Shown here: piece after piece, positions 38,776-52,382 of the stretch
How the letters are laid out: the number at the start of each line of letters is the position of its first letter
Position numbering within the stretch: the stretch's first letter is position 1
Source of the DNA: Camelus dromedarius
Taxonomy: Eukaryota
Assembly: GCF_036321535.1 (NCBI RefSeq)
Contig: NC_087437.1
Coordinates: forward strand, 12,588,001-12,652,000
Reading direction: 5' to 3'
Length of the DNA stretch: 64,000 bases
Notes under the pieces: model-generated
What the model was told of the DNA's origin: nothing
What the model saw: only the letters and a program-made list of their open reading frames with translations
Databases searched by the model: none
Made by a program: the position numbers and the translations under genes

Positions 38776-41700
38776 GAAGTAGATGGCATATAAAATTAAT
38801 GAGAAAGTTATCACTGAAGACTTTAGGGACAAGGTCTTTGCAGGGTACTTAGGATGGGAAGGAGAGACTAAATGATGACCCGTGGTGAGGACCTAAGGTT
38901 ACCCAAATGGTTCACTGGGTGTTTTCGGGGGCCCAGCAAGAGAGAATGAGTAAGGATATGTCTGTGGAGACAGCCTGGCTGTTGTAGCTCTAACAGCACT
39001 AATTCTGCTTTACTTTTTATTGTACTGTATTGTATCTTCCTACCTTTCACAGCTGAGCTAGTGTCTGCAAGACATCGTTCACAGAGAGGATGGACTTGAG
39101 CACCCGTGGTTGGACAGAGCCAACCTTGGCAGACACATCAGATGAGGGGGAGAGCAGGATGAGTCTGCCCCTGTCACTGGGACACGGGGCCCCGGACAGG
39201 TAGTGAGTTCCGTGGTGAGTTGGCAGCACCCAAGGAGAAGAAGTCATGTAAGGGCAGCTGGAGAGTTCCTTTCCGGAGAGGCCCAACGTGAGGGGCCCAG
39301 AGGTGGACAGTCAGATACACAGGTTGCTGGTCGGGAGGAAGGTCTGGGCCAGAGATGGAGGCTTGAGCCTTCTGGATGTACATACTCCGGAGTGGAGGGC
39401 TTGGGCATGGAGCTTCTGTCACGTGAAGAGTGACAAGGGGCCTGCGGATGCTCCCTGGAGTAAGGAGTCCTTTAAATGGGCTGCCAGCGAGGCCTCGTGG
39501 GGACCCCGGATGCAGCTGTCTCAAGTGCAGCATTTCTTAGCTTTCGCAATCAGACCCTCCGTCTCCCTGTTGTAAATCTGAGGGTCAGCAACAGTTCTCA
39601 GAGAGAAGGCCAGGCCGCGTTCACCAGCATTCTTCTTGTTGAAGTTATTAGCTCGAGGTACTGTCTAATAACCATGTTTCATAATTCTTGCTATTTCTTA
39701 AAGTCCAGACACATCCTAAGAAAGTCCCACACGTAACCTGCTGACCTTTCCCTGTTTTTAAATAAAGTGGGTATCAGCGAGAGCCCTTGGGATGAGAAGG
39801 GCAGGCTGACGGTCACAGTTGACCACGGGCCCCGCCGCAGTTAAGGGGCCTGGTAGCCAAAAGTCTACGTGATTAAAAATGGCAGTTCCTGGAGCTGACC
39901 AACCATTGTGCAATTTCCTGAATTTAGTCAAAAGATTACGGGGTAAGTGGGGGGACAGGCTGGGCAGGGAATCCGGTGGAATTAATGAGAAAAATATTAC
40001 TTTAGAGTCCAGCATTCCTTTCCAGCTTATGGTCTGGCCAAACTCAAATGCGTGCAAAGTTATGCCTTAAGTGTCTCAAGACAGTGGAAACGGCTGGGGT
40101 GGGGGCCTGGCTGGGGCTGAGGGCCGGGAGGGGCTGCCGGCTCTTGTTGAAAGGGACGTGGCTGTTAAGTGGAAGGGACTTGGAAAGCAGGAGGGGACAT
40201 CCTCATCTCAGTGGCTGGTGAGGGCCTCGTGACCTCTCGACTTGCGTTCTGGACGTTTCCAGGGCGGCCAGCTCTGCTTCTGAGTCCAGGAAGGTCAACT
40301 GGGCATCTTTACCGTTTCCCTCCATCTGGTCCCCTCGCAGGTTTTTAGGGCAGTTCCCGCCCTGGACCTCTCTCCCTGCTAAAATCTCCCAAGAAAGAGA
40401 CAAAGCCTCGCCCTGCAAAGCAACGCAAGGGTGTGATCAAAAGTTATGAAAGAGACATCAGGAGATTTCGGAAGCAAAATTTTTTGGCGTCTGGGCAGCT
40501 GGTAATCATTGGTCCTGGCACCACCCTCCCCACCCCCCCCAAAAAGAAAGTTATGAAAGAAAGGAGTTTGGAATATTTACAGGTGAAAACATGCAATGTT
40601 TAGAGTTTGCTTCAAAATCGTCTGGAGGGAGGGATGAGAGTAGGGAGGAAACCGGACTGGCCTTCAGTTGATCACTGAAGCTGCGTAATGAGTGGATTGG
40701 GAGCGTGTTACTCCATTTTCTTTCCTCTTAGTGTGGCTGAAAATTTCCATGATAGAGGTATCTAAATATAAATGCACATTCCAGTTGTCAGGACAGGAAC
40801 AATTGATGACAGACCCTTTAAGGTGTAATTTCGTGTTTTGAAGCTTTTGAAATGAAAAACAAATCTTACAAAGGAAGGTGGGCAAAGTACAATTCACTCG
40901 GTGAATTTTATGAAATATGTGAAAAGTGACAGTGCTTAAATATATTAAAATTTTACTTCTAGGGAGAGGACATTTTTCTGCTACCTTTTGCGTGTTTTTT
41001 TCCGGAAAGACTTGGGTAAACAAAACGGAGCTCCAGTGGTCGCTGTCTGTAGACTTCTGTGGCTCTCAAGACCCTCACCGACCTTGCTGGTGGGAGGCGC
41101 CCAGCATCAGTGGAGGAACGATGTAGGCAGGGCAGCGGGCGAGTTTTCTGTAAGTCCCCGGAACCCTTCCATCGTCCCTCTTCAGCTCCATGTGAATTCG
41201 ACTTAGCTGTTTGTGAGACTCCCCTTTTGACTAGGCCGCGGTGCAACGACTTTGGAGAAACCTGGAATGCCTATTGACAAAAAGTAAGGCTTCCGGAAGG
41301 AGGACCCCGCTTCCCCCACCCCGCCCCCCAGGATCGGCTGAGGCGTTGCTTCCCTGCTTTGGAGCGGGGACTGCACTGCAGTTACAGTGTCTCCTGTGTC
41401 CGTGCTCCCGCCCCCGACAGCGTCTCCACCCAGAGGCCTTTGGCACCGGCCTCTTGGACGCACTTGCAGGTCTTGGCGTTGGATGTCACCGCAGCCTGGC
41501 TCGCCTGGAGGCGCGGCTCTGCTAGGCGGCCTTGTGAGAGTTGGCACGTCCCTCTCATCTCTAGAACCCCTCAAGAACACCGCAGCCTCCCGCCGCCGGG
41601 GCTCCGCCTGCTCCCGGGGTCTGGGCTCGCGCTCCCCCTCAGCCTGGAATGCTCTTCACCTAGTCAACTGCCATCAGCCCAGCTGCTCCTCCCTCCGCTC

Positions 41701-42018
41701 CGCGGTCCCCCGCCGCTCTCGCTCTTTTATTCTGTGCGCTGTGAGGTGGGCAGAATCGCCTTGACTGACTAGCGTTGGACCCACTGCAGGCCGCAGCCAG
41801 GGGAGGGGGCTCCCAAAAGAAAGTCCATGGGGGCGCCGGGCCCTGTTGCTGGGCAGGAAAAACAATGGACACCCACTCGGTTGCCTGATAACGGAAATAA
41901 AACGGAAAAACAAACACAGGAGAGTGGGTGCTAAGTCTTTTTTGTTAAAAATACTTTCTTCCCTAGTTTGGATTTATTGTACAAACAACTTCTTAAAAAT
42001 CACGTATATCTTTTAGAG

Positions 42019-42222
42019 CATGGGTCCCCAGGCTACAGCTCATGGGCCAAATCCAGCTTGTTTTGGTAAAGAAGGTTCTGCTGGAACACAGCCAGGCTTT
42101 ACTGTGTACAGAGTCCTGCCTCTGACCCTTCGATGGCACAGTGGTGGTGACAGCCAGTCAGGCCTGCAAAACCGACCATATTTACTCTCTGGCATTTTAT
42201 GGAGCACGTGTGCCAGCCCTGG
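42019..42222. mobile_element. MER58A-like MITE, degraded
   Basis: 'ctacagctcatgggccaaatccagc...taaagaaggttctgctggaacacagcca...ggcctgcaaaaccgaccatatttactctctggc...tgccagccctg'. Confidence 0.75.
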
Positions 42223-45200
42223 TCAGATGGGGGCTGCATGAGGCCCTGCAGCGGCCTCCTTCCCTTTAACATCCCCATGTCCCATCACAGCGCTGGGCAC
42301 AGCCGAGCCAGTCCCCTGGTGGATTTGAGTAAAAGGACTGAATGAATGAACGAGCGAGTTAACACACAGCTAATCTGCCTGGATCTCTAATTTAGGAGAA
42401 GCTCTTTTGCCCTAGTCTATGTGATACTTTCTGCCCCTAGTTCTTTACAGGACCTGCTCCATCACCTCTTCCCCGCTCTCAAATACGCCCACATCACAGA
42501 GGTCTTGCTGTAACATAGCACCCCCTGTTCCTCTCTCCTCTCTCCCCCGCCTGCTCTTCGTAACACTGTCATTCTCCGATGTTATATTCTACATGTATTT
42601 TGTTTATGTCTTCCTTCCCCAAGAAGAAAAGAAACTCCAGGAAGCCAGGAACATTGCTTTATCCACTGTCCCACCCCCAGCACATAGAACAGTGCCTGTG
42701 ACAGAATGGGCCCTCAGGACAGATTCTAAAGTTAAAGACCACATTTAGAATTGATCGCAGGCAGCCCAGGACTTCCTCTCGCTGTTTACTGGATGGGAGC
42801 CACTTCCCCAGCAATCCCAGCGCCATCTGGTTTTACACCCAGGTCTGGCCTGGTTTGAACCGGTGGCGGCAGGGAGATTGGGACCCTCCACTGCTCTCTG
42901 TCCCAGCCCTGCCTTCCCTCACTCTCCGCTGGTCCTGAGGGCTGCCTCCACCTTGGAAGGTGTTAGCCCATGTCTTTTTTATTCAAAGGAAAGAAAAGCA
43001 CAGTGTGGATGTGGGTGCTGGAGGAGGGGGAAAGGGAGGGCAGGGGACTTGAGCTGTGCCGGTCTGGCAGGATCGGCATGGGTTATTTCTTGGACTTGAT
43101 GCATTTTTTTGACTCCTTAAGCTGAAGCGTTCCCAGGGCTAGAAGCTCAGTTTTCTGCGTCAGACCTGGAGTATGTGGCTGTGAGCCGTGCAGAGCACGG
43201 TGACCACGGCTTGCTTTCTTTTCCAAATGACCCTCTGGAGAAATAAATACCTAAGGATCAAAGTTTTGTAGGCCAGGAGGATTTTAGGATTCCTGCCCAG
43301 ACAAAGGCAGTTGGGGCTGATCTATTTGTGCTGAGAAACTGGTCCCTTCACTGGTTCACAGTGCGAGGTGCGGAGGCGGGGAGGCGAAGTTGGCTACAAT
43401 TCCGCCAGCACTTCACACACTGAGATTGACTTGGGGGCTGGGGCTTATTTCTGCTGTTTCATTGTTAACCTTTTCCTTTAGTCACACGTGTGGCCTGAGG
43501 GTGACCCCTTCGGGGCAGCCAAGGCCACTAGAAAAATTCCTTAATTATAGTCCTCGTTACATTCTTGTTATTAACACTAATCTTTTTATAAAGGAAACCG
43601 TTTGGAGAATTCTTGTATGAGCAGTGTATAGTTTGGAGCTAGAACTGGGTTTGAATTCTGGCCCTGTCCAGATAGCTGTGTGACATTTAGCCTGTCTCCT
43701 CCTGTGCAGACTTGGGGGTAAAGAGTACCCCCTCCCCTGCGGTTTGCCATGAGATGATGTATGTCAAGCTCTTGGCACAGGGCAGGGCAGGTGCCCTCCC
43801 TCCCCAGAAGGGATGGAGCTGGCTGTGGCCAGGAGATTTCCCGTTAACACCCTGGCCCGGGTGGAGACGGAAGACTCTGAATGCACAGGATGGAGCCCTA
43901 ATTTGGGAAGTTGGTATGTGACAGGGGAAGATTTTGAGTCTGAATTTTCACAGTGGGTTGAAATTTGTCCCATCTTTGCATTTCAACGCCAAGGGCAAGC
44001 AGCAGTCTGTGTTTTCTCACAGACAGCTTCTGATCTCCAAGGTGAGCCAGTAACCAGTAACCACAGGGCCCATCCTGTGCCACGCATGCGTGCTCTCTCC
44101 CCGGGGGCGGGTGCTGGGCCACGCATGCGCGCTGTATCCCAGCGTCAGGTGCCATTCTTCTGTTGGGGTCTGCAGCAAACACCTGAGAGTCGACTGCCTC
44201 CCGTGTGCTTGGCTCCTCTGCATTCGGTGCCTCCACCCCAACTCTTTCCATGGACCTCTTTCCACGGACCTCTTTCCACGGGCCTTCCTTTTGGTTCCCG
44301 GCTGCACCCCCAGTGCCTCGCTCAGTGTGTGACGCACAGCTGATAGTTGCAGCCCAGAAACAGGAACTGTCAGTGGGATGAGTAAAACACGTGTTGAATT
44401 CCAGAGTGCTGTGTCCACTTCACATTAGGTTGATTCCTCCAAGTCAAGAACTAGACGAAACGAGCCGAGAGGGATGAGGGATATGCCATCACGCGCTATG
44501 GCTACTGCTCCCATTTTAAGCAGGCTTTCCCCGAGACTCTGTCCCCAGCCGGTCGTGTCTCCTGAGCCCAAGATCCAGAGAGCCACCTGCACCCACACAC
44601 ACTGGACAGTGCACTTGGGTGGCACTTGGGCACCGGGAAAGCCACACATCCTGCTTCTCCTTTGTTCCCTCCCCGTGTGCAAGCCAGAAGCCAGCTTGGT
44701 GACCCGTGGCCCTGCCTACTGTCTGGCATCCCGTTTCCCTCACATGGATACCCTTCTTCCCCACCACCCCCTTCTCTCATTGGGAACTTCTACCAACTAT
44801 GTCAGTGATCTCTCTACCCCCACTCATTTCTTCACCAGGATCAGAGCTGCCCTTCTAAGAGGCAACCCTGAACCTGTCGCTGCCACTGTTGTCCCAGTGA
44901 ACCTAAACCCCACATCTCCTTGGCAGGGTTCACAGGCCGTGGGATCCAGCCTGAACCTGGGACTGAGCCCTGGCCCTGTCCTTGGCAGAACTTCAAAGCT
45001 GCCCTGTTGCTTCTGCCCAGGTTTTCAAACTTGCTCTGTCTTCGCCCAGGAAAGCCCTCCCATTTTTGGTCAGCTGAAGCCTCCTCTTGCTTTGGTTCTC
45101 TGCATGGATAGTTCCTATCTTGCTGTGTCCATGTTGATCTTCCAGGGAGCCCCTGGACAAATGAACAATTTCAGATCCTCTGGGAAATTCATGCAGCCTT

Positions 45201-45299
45201 TTTCTGTTTGTAAACCTGGGTGGTTTCACGGATGTCTCTTACAGGTTTGATTATAGGAAAACAAGTTTTCAAGTGCCTAGACCCAAGTTTATTTCCTAG

Positions 45300-46690
45300 G
45301 CTGACTTTTGAAGGACTTTCCCTTGCCTCTTCTTAACCCTTCCTGCCTCCCAGCCTGCCTTCCATCCTCCTTGCTCTGCTGTAAATGTTCTCTGGAAAGT
45401 CACCGCTTTCTCAGTTGCCAAACCAGTGACCTTTGCTCCCTCTCCTCCCTTCCTTCTGACTGTCGGCTCCACTGGACACTTGTCCAGCCTTCTCCTGCTT
45501 CTTCAGATTCTTGTCTCCGTGGTCTCTGTGATTTAGTATCAGCCCAGTTTTCCTGCCCGCTGTCCCACTGCTTTCACCATAGCATCCTCTCCCCTTTCCC
45601 TCCAGCTCCAAGCAATACCCAGAGACCACTTTTCCTCTCCTCTCTCACCCTAGTCTGCCCCTCCCTTCTCCTGACCTCGACCGTCCTCTCCAAGGTTTTG
45701 ACTTCTAAGTGTCTAACTTCAGACCCATTTTCTCAGCAGATCCACAGTGCAGTCTCTCCTTCAGCCCCTGGAATTGCTGCCTGGTTTCTGACTCACCTCC
45801 CCTTATGCCAAACTCATTATTTTCCCTCCAAAAACTAGATTCCCTATTCCATACAAGCTACCTTAATTTCCTTCTCCCTGTGATACCATCATCATCCAAG
45901 TACCAGGTGAGAATCTCACTTCATCTTTACCACTAAGTCTTCCTCATCCTGCTGTGTAGTCCGTCACCAGGTCCTGCCGGGTCTCCTCCCAGTGCCTGCG
46001 CCCACCTCCCTCCTCCTCTCTCCTTATACCACCCCATTCTTTCCTCCTCATCTGTCCCCAGTCTCCACTCTCCCCCCTAGTCACATCAGCCACCCTGTTC
46101 TCCTACAAACATGATGCAGCCATTCCTGGAAGAGTGTCCTCACCTCCCCCACGTTAAGAATCTTCCCACCCTATCTGCCTGCCCCCAGACCCACCCTTTA
46201 AAGGCCACAGCAGGGCTCACTTCCCCATGTGGCTGTGTTTTGTCCAACCCTTAAGCCTTCTCTCATACGCTTCTTTTCATCCAAACTGTCTTGTGCCTCT
46301 CCAAGCCCCGTTCATTTAAGAACTATTTGTTGAGCATCCCTTATGGGGAAGATGCGGCTCAGTTCACTGGGGACACCTGGGTGACTGAGGCCCTGCACAC
46401 TCTTGTGGGGCACGCAGCTCGAGGGCCCTCCCCTGAGGTGTTGTCATGCCGCCCCCATGCTGAGCTGTCAGCTCCCGCATCAGTGACAATCCTTAGGTTT
46501 TGTATTCCTACTGCTTAAGTCAGTGAATGAATATCTCTATTCTGGCATCTGGCTCACTGTATGATAGTTTTATTTAGATGACTGTCTTTTACTAGAATGT
46601 GAGTCTTTTTTCTTTAACATCTATCACAGTGTCAGGTACAGTGTAAGTACTCAGTGACTATTTGAACAGACGGAGAAATAAATAAATAGC
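45300..46690. mobile_element. Degraded L2 fragments (pyrimidine-rich on +)
   Basis: 'ccaaactcatt...tttccctccaaaa', 'gtccgtcaccaggtcctgc', 'actagaatgtgag...tcacagtgtcaggtacagtgtaagtactcagtgactatttgaa'. Confidence 0.55.
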
Positions 46691-46925
46691 TGAATGGATA
46701 GACAGATAAATTGGTGAAAAGTAGACAGATGGACAAATAGATGGATAGGTCAATGGTCAGATCAGTGGAGGAAAATGGGACAAATGGATGGATGGATAAA
46801 TGAAAGGGTGGACAGAGAGATGGACAAATGAATAGCTGGACAGATGGACTGGATAAATAAATAAATGAATGAATAGATGGATAAATGGGTGATAGATGAG
46901 TAGATGGACAAATGAATGGATGAAG
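46690..46925. repeat. (GGAT/AGAT/GAAT)n low-complexity tract
   Basis: Runs of tggatagacagat/ggatggatggataaatgaa, probably an expanded L2 tail. Confidence 0.8.
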
Positions 46926-48403
46926 AAAAATCCTGCTGTTAAGAGAGTAATGATTTTCCTCCCACCCACTATAAGAATTCCTTTAAAAATAACCTTGAGA
47001 GTTAAGCCAGCCTTCAAAACACTACTGGTAATTTAAATTTATCCATAATTATTGGAAGGGATGTTATGTTTAATTGACTAATCATATCCAATAGTGGACT
47101 AGCATACATCTCATACATGGACTGCCGATTCTCTGAAAATTGAAATTAATAGAAAACCTTTAGAACAAAACCAGTACTGAACAAGTGCTTCAAGAACCCC
47201 AGTGAGAATCACTAAGGGGTGTACAACCTGGCATAAATTATTTAAATGCCTTCAGGTCAGAGCTTTTCATTTAAACTGAGTATGTAACATCAACACCCGC
47301 ACCTTCACATGCAGACCATTTCTGTCATGATTTGGATTTCTAAAACTTATTTGACAATATGCAAGAGCTTCTCTACATTAATATCCTAAACATGGTATTC
47401 GGCAAACATCGGACAGACCTGTAGCCCATTTGTCTGTCTCTCTCACTGATGCATGGACAGCTCAGACAGAGATTCAGGGAGGATGTCAAGCAATATCTAA
47501 AAGAGTTGAATCCCGAGGAGGTGAACATGGTCACATCTGTTTACTTGGCCAACCTCACGTGGAAAGTCTTGCCAGAAGAAATGAACCCACTGAAAGTTTG
47601 AAAACTGTCCAGCTTACTGCTGCTCCATCCTTCCCCTCGTTTCTAGTTCTATGGCCCCAGGTGGAATCCGGTATTGCCTTTGATAAAAATTCTCTCTTCT
47701 CTCTCTCATTTTCTCCCTCCTCCCTCTACTTCCTTCTTTACTTTATTTCTGTCCACTTTCCTTCCTTCACTGCCGCCTTAGCATTTCACATTTCAAAGCA
47801 GTCCACGTACATCAAACACTTAGAGTCTACATTATACATCACGTGCATTTGATTCATTGAGGGAGAAAACATACTTTATTTGACTCAGTAACTTCAATAG
47901 CTGCAGGACTCGGTAAACCTTTGGTGAATGAACAAATTGGTGTTGGACTCCCACTGTTTAGCACTATTACACTGTATGGCAGTTATTTACATGTCTGAAT
48001 ACATTTAAGAACCCTGTGTGTGATCGAAAATTAATTTCTCCATTTTTTCAGGTGGGAAACCTTGGCTCAGCGACATTAAGAGGCCACCCTGAGTTTGCAC
48101 AGTTAGTAAATGACAAGCTAAAATGCGAGCCTTTGGAATTTTACCCCAATGTCACCCCACTTGTCCACTGTACCTTTTATGTTGTTTAAGGCCTATGAGG
48201 AACAAGTGTCTTAATTAATTCCATAATTTATGTGTGTTGTAACAGATGTGGGCCGGATTTTGAAACTTGAGTGGAAGGAATGACAAATTGTTTTCTTTCT
48301 TGCCTTAGTGGCTGAATAATGGCAACCACTGATTCAGATATTTCATGGGGTGCCAGAGCATGTGGGCGTGTACTGCTGTGTGTAACCCGTTCTTTACACA
48401 GGC

Positions 48404-48880
48404 TGTATCTGTGGCTACTACCGTATAACAAACTACCCCAAAGCTCAGTGTCTTGAAACAATAAGCACTTATTATTGCTGACAGAACCATGGATCTGGGC
48501 TCTCTTACACGTCTGTGGTCAGCTGCAGCCTAGATGGCTGATCTTGCCTGAACTCTCTCCCCGGTTCAGGGCGAGGCTGGCTCTAGGTTGGTCTGGGGAG
48601 GTCTTGGCTGGGCTGATGGTCTCTCCTCCTCCAGCAGGCTTGGGCTCGTCCCCACACAGTGGTGAAGCTCTAAGAGGAATGAGCACCGGGTCTCTCTGTG
48701 CCTGGGCTGGGAAATGGCACAGCATTACTCCCACTGGGGTCTATCAGTTAGAATGAGTCACAGGGCAGCCCAGACGCAGGGGCTGGGGAACAGCCTCCAC
48801 TTCGTGATGGAGGGGCTGCGGGGTCACAGTGCAGAGACGAGAAGGAGGATGTCTGTCTTTACCGCGGAGCCTCCATGCAG
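48404..48880. mobile_element. MLT1 (MaLR) LTR
   Basis: 'taacaaactaccccaaagctcagtgtcttgaaacaataagcacttattattgct...tggcacagcattactccc...gagtcacagggcagcccagac'. Confidence 0.8.
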
Positions 48881-51800
48881 TCAGCCCTCTCCTGGCACCG
48901 CACTTCTGCTGCCTCAGTTTTGCAGGCTTGTCAGGGGGTCATGTGCCCCCAGGGGAATGACTCCCTGAGGCTGCATCTCAGAACTTTCCCCAAGCTAAGT
49001 CAAGTACCTCGTTTCTATTTTTAAAAATGTTTTAAGAGGGAAAAATATGAGAATGTCAAAGAGAACTGCACTTCATTTTCTGAAAATTAATTGGCTTTTG
49101 AAGATAATAGGCGTAAAAACTTTGGCCATGAGAATTCATCTTGATAGAGCTTATTATTGAATATTTGAACGCCTGTAACTTGAAGAATACATGTGACACA
49201 GAACAGGATACAGGTTTATCTGCTGAGAAATTTCTTTTTGTTGTTCCGAGTCCCCCCACCCCACCCCATCACCTCGCCCCACCATCAGATGCTGCTTTGA
49301 ACGAAGTTTGTATCTACTCCATGGAAGAAATCTGAAGGCATGTGCCTGCACCTTTGCTCAGTCATGTCATTCAGGATACACGGTCCTTATTTTAAGACTT
49401 TGAATTCCTGAGTCTCAGACTGCCCACATTTACAAAGTCCAAAAGACCCGCTAAACAGAATTTCAGACACATAAGGGCAGGCTGGACTCAGCAGAGCAAA
49501 CTTCAGCTTATTTAACAAAGCCTGTCCTGCCCATGAAAATGGCTTATGGAAGTGGCTGCTGAATTCTCCTTTTCTAAACTGGAGGTTTTTACAGAGAGCG
49601 TGAGTTGACCATGCAGTGGGGCTGTGTGTTTACTCCTGATTAAAAAGCAGAGATCCAGCCTCAGTGTCTTCAGTTTCCATTTTTTTGCATTTGCTAAAAG
49701 TTTTATAGCATCAGTGAAGTCCTTCATCTCAGCCCTGGTCATGTGGGATGGTTCTGCCACCAACAGAGCCAGGTGCGCCCCACCTCTTGTGGACAGGAGG
49801 TAGGGAAAGCCATCCTCACCAATGCACCTTGCTGCCAAAGGCAGGGGGCAGAGAAGGTCCCCCGGTGGTGGAGGAAGGCGTCTCAGGGGCAGCATGCACT
49901 TTCTTGGCTGCTCGAGGTCAAGGTCCTACTTCTATCCATCAGGCAGGAATATTTGCCTCATGAGTTGAACTTGGGATATTTCCTATTGTTCATCCAAGAC
50001 TCTTCTCCAAAGGAAAAGATTTGTCCCTTGTAACAGAGCCTCTAATGTCCAAATGTCCCCCCTTGGCAAAACAAACGTGGCCGCAGCAGGCTGCCCACGC
50101 CAGCCCAGGCAGAGGAGGAAAAGTGTTTGGAATTGTGAGACAGAAGGAACACTGTTCACTCAAGAGGGCATCAAATTTCCATAACTAAAAGTGACCAGTG
50201 AGAGGAAAATGTGTTTAAGATTGTTTTGAACATTTTATTTGTAGAATATACACCACTTTCACTAAAAGAAGTATTTGGCATTTGTGCATTCTGATATTCA
50301 GGGATTTTCTATAAGTGCTTGGAACAACTTGAAGAAGCTGAGCTAGGCTGGTAGATCCTTGTTAAACTCTCAGAATGCAATGTCCAGACTATTTCCCCAA
50401 GACCTGCATATTTAATATTCCGTAAAAATTCTAAGTATGCTCCCTGCTCCGTCAGTGGCACCATGAGCACCAGGCCTTCCCTCACACTTGGCACTTGTGT
50501 GAGGCCCACGTCACCCCCTAAAATCCTTGCACAGATTCTGCCACGTGGCAGATTGGGCCTGTCCCTGGAGGAGGCTGTTTTACTTCCATTTCACAAACCC
50601 TGAAATCAAGGTCCAAGTACAAGAATGTGTTCATTTAATAGACACTCAGGGGTGCCCTGCCCTCAGCCTGGTCCAAAAGGCATGTGTCTTGTTAGTGGTG
50701 GAGAAAACTTAGCTGCAGCCTTGTTCATAACCTCCTTTCTCTGTGTATTTGTTCAAATGTCTATGAGGGCCTCCATTGGCGATGGCTATATTGGGAGAAA
50801 GTCTCCACTGTCAAAGGGACTCTGATGTCGCCGGTGTCTCACTCACCCCGACCCTGCCCGACATCACAGTGGGACCTGCCGTGCTGATTGCCTGAGCACC
50901 AACCCCAAATTCTGAAATTATGGGAACAGTATTTCCCTGTTAGTCACAGAGCCACCTGCCTCCAAGTCTATGGGTAGTTTGTTTATATAATTAGTTCAGA
51001 AAGTGATTTCTGAACTAAGATTAAATCATATTTTTGTGTTTTTAAGTATGTTATTTCCAGACCCGCCCCTCCTCACGGCAACCAGACAGTTCTCATCACC
51101 AACTGTGGTCCATTATTCTTGCACTTAGTAAGGAGGTGAAGAGTCAAGATGAAGGAATTCCAGACTTTAATATTCAAACAAGAATAAATAGACCATTATG
51201 CTTCCTTCGCGAGACTGAATATAGAGAATTTTAATGGACAAAACCACTGTTGGTTGTATTTTCCTTTTTATTCTTGACGTGAAAGAATTTCTGTTGAAGC
51301 GTTGTTTCATCTCTTCCTGAATCCGAGTGAAACCTCTGTCTCTTGCATGTTTCCCGCATTGCATTTTTATTGTGTGCCCAGGAATCAATATTCCAGATAC
51401 ATGCACAAGTGCACACATTGAAATGAACATGACTTCATTTATTTTCATGATTAGACATTCAAATAAAAGTGCTTGGGTATCTGTTTTCATATTCATAGGT
51501 CGAGATCCGTACATCAGAGGTATTTGTATAAGTGACACTTTTATTACATTCATTTCATTTGCAATATGATAGTGGATCATAAATATGTTACTTTTATGCC
51601 ACCAAATCTGATTTGTAGCACTTAGCCCTCACAAGGAGAATACTTGATATTTTATGGAGCACCTTTCGTCCAAGAAGCGCTTTGCAGACGTGAGGCCGGG
51701 CTCTACCAGGTGTGTAAATCACACTCATGACCCTTGGGATGTCCCCCGCTTTATCAGCCTCCCGGCTCCTACTGTCTGGGCGGAGAGCGCCCGGGAGTCC

Positions 51801-52317
51801 CCTGCAGGCGCAGAGGTGATGATGAGATCTTTAATTTCTGGAAGAAAGAGGTTCAGGTGAGCTCGGTGTGTCCACACTCAGGCTCTGACGGTCCACAGAG
51901 CCCCACAATTGTCACATGCTCGCAATTCACTGCAGGCCTGATACTGATGATGTATCAAGCCCTGGGGACACAGAGACAGTCAAACACAGCCCTTACCTCC
52001 CAGATGCTCACAGACTAGGAGGGAAGGGCCGTGTGGAAGAGTAACTGCCCCGCCTCATGATAGACTCTTGACGCAGCGGTGACAGTAGGTGCTCTCCCCC
52101 TGTCCGAGGTCCTCCCAGGGATGCTCTGTGCCTGAAAGCGGTTTGTCAGACCCCTAGGCGTGTCACAGGACTGCTGCACCTGCGAGCCAGTTGCAGTCAG
52201 AGTGAAAGAAGAGACCAACCATCAACATTACAGGCGGCCTTTGGGGCTGAGCGCCCCCTACCCCAGACCCACAGAGAAGAGACTCACTGGCCCCCCACCC
52301 ACCAGCCCAGCCCTTGA

Positions 52318-52318
<1 letters not shown>

Positions 52319-52370
<52 letters not shown>

Positions 52371-52382
52371 TACACACACACT
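52319..52382. repeat. (CA)n microsatellite
   Basis: About 24 uninterrupted CA units plus a short interrupted extension. Confidence 0.95.

Noticed and set aside
44474..45250. 258-aa ORF, the longest in the track
   Set aside because: No recognisable domain, non-ATG-quality context, Pro/Leu/Ser-rich composition expected from GC-rich intron and repeat relics.
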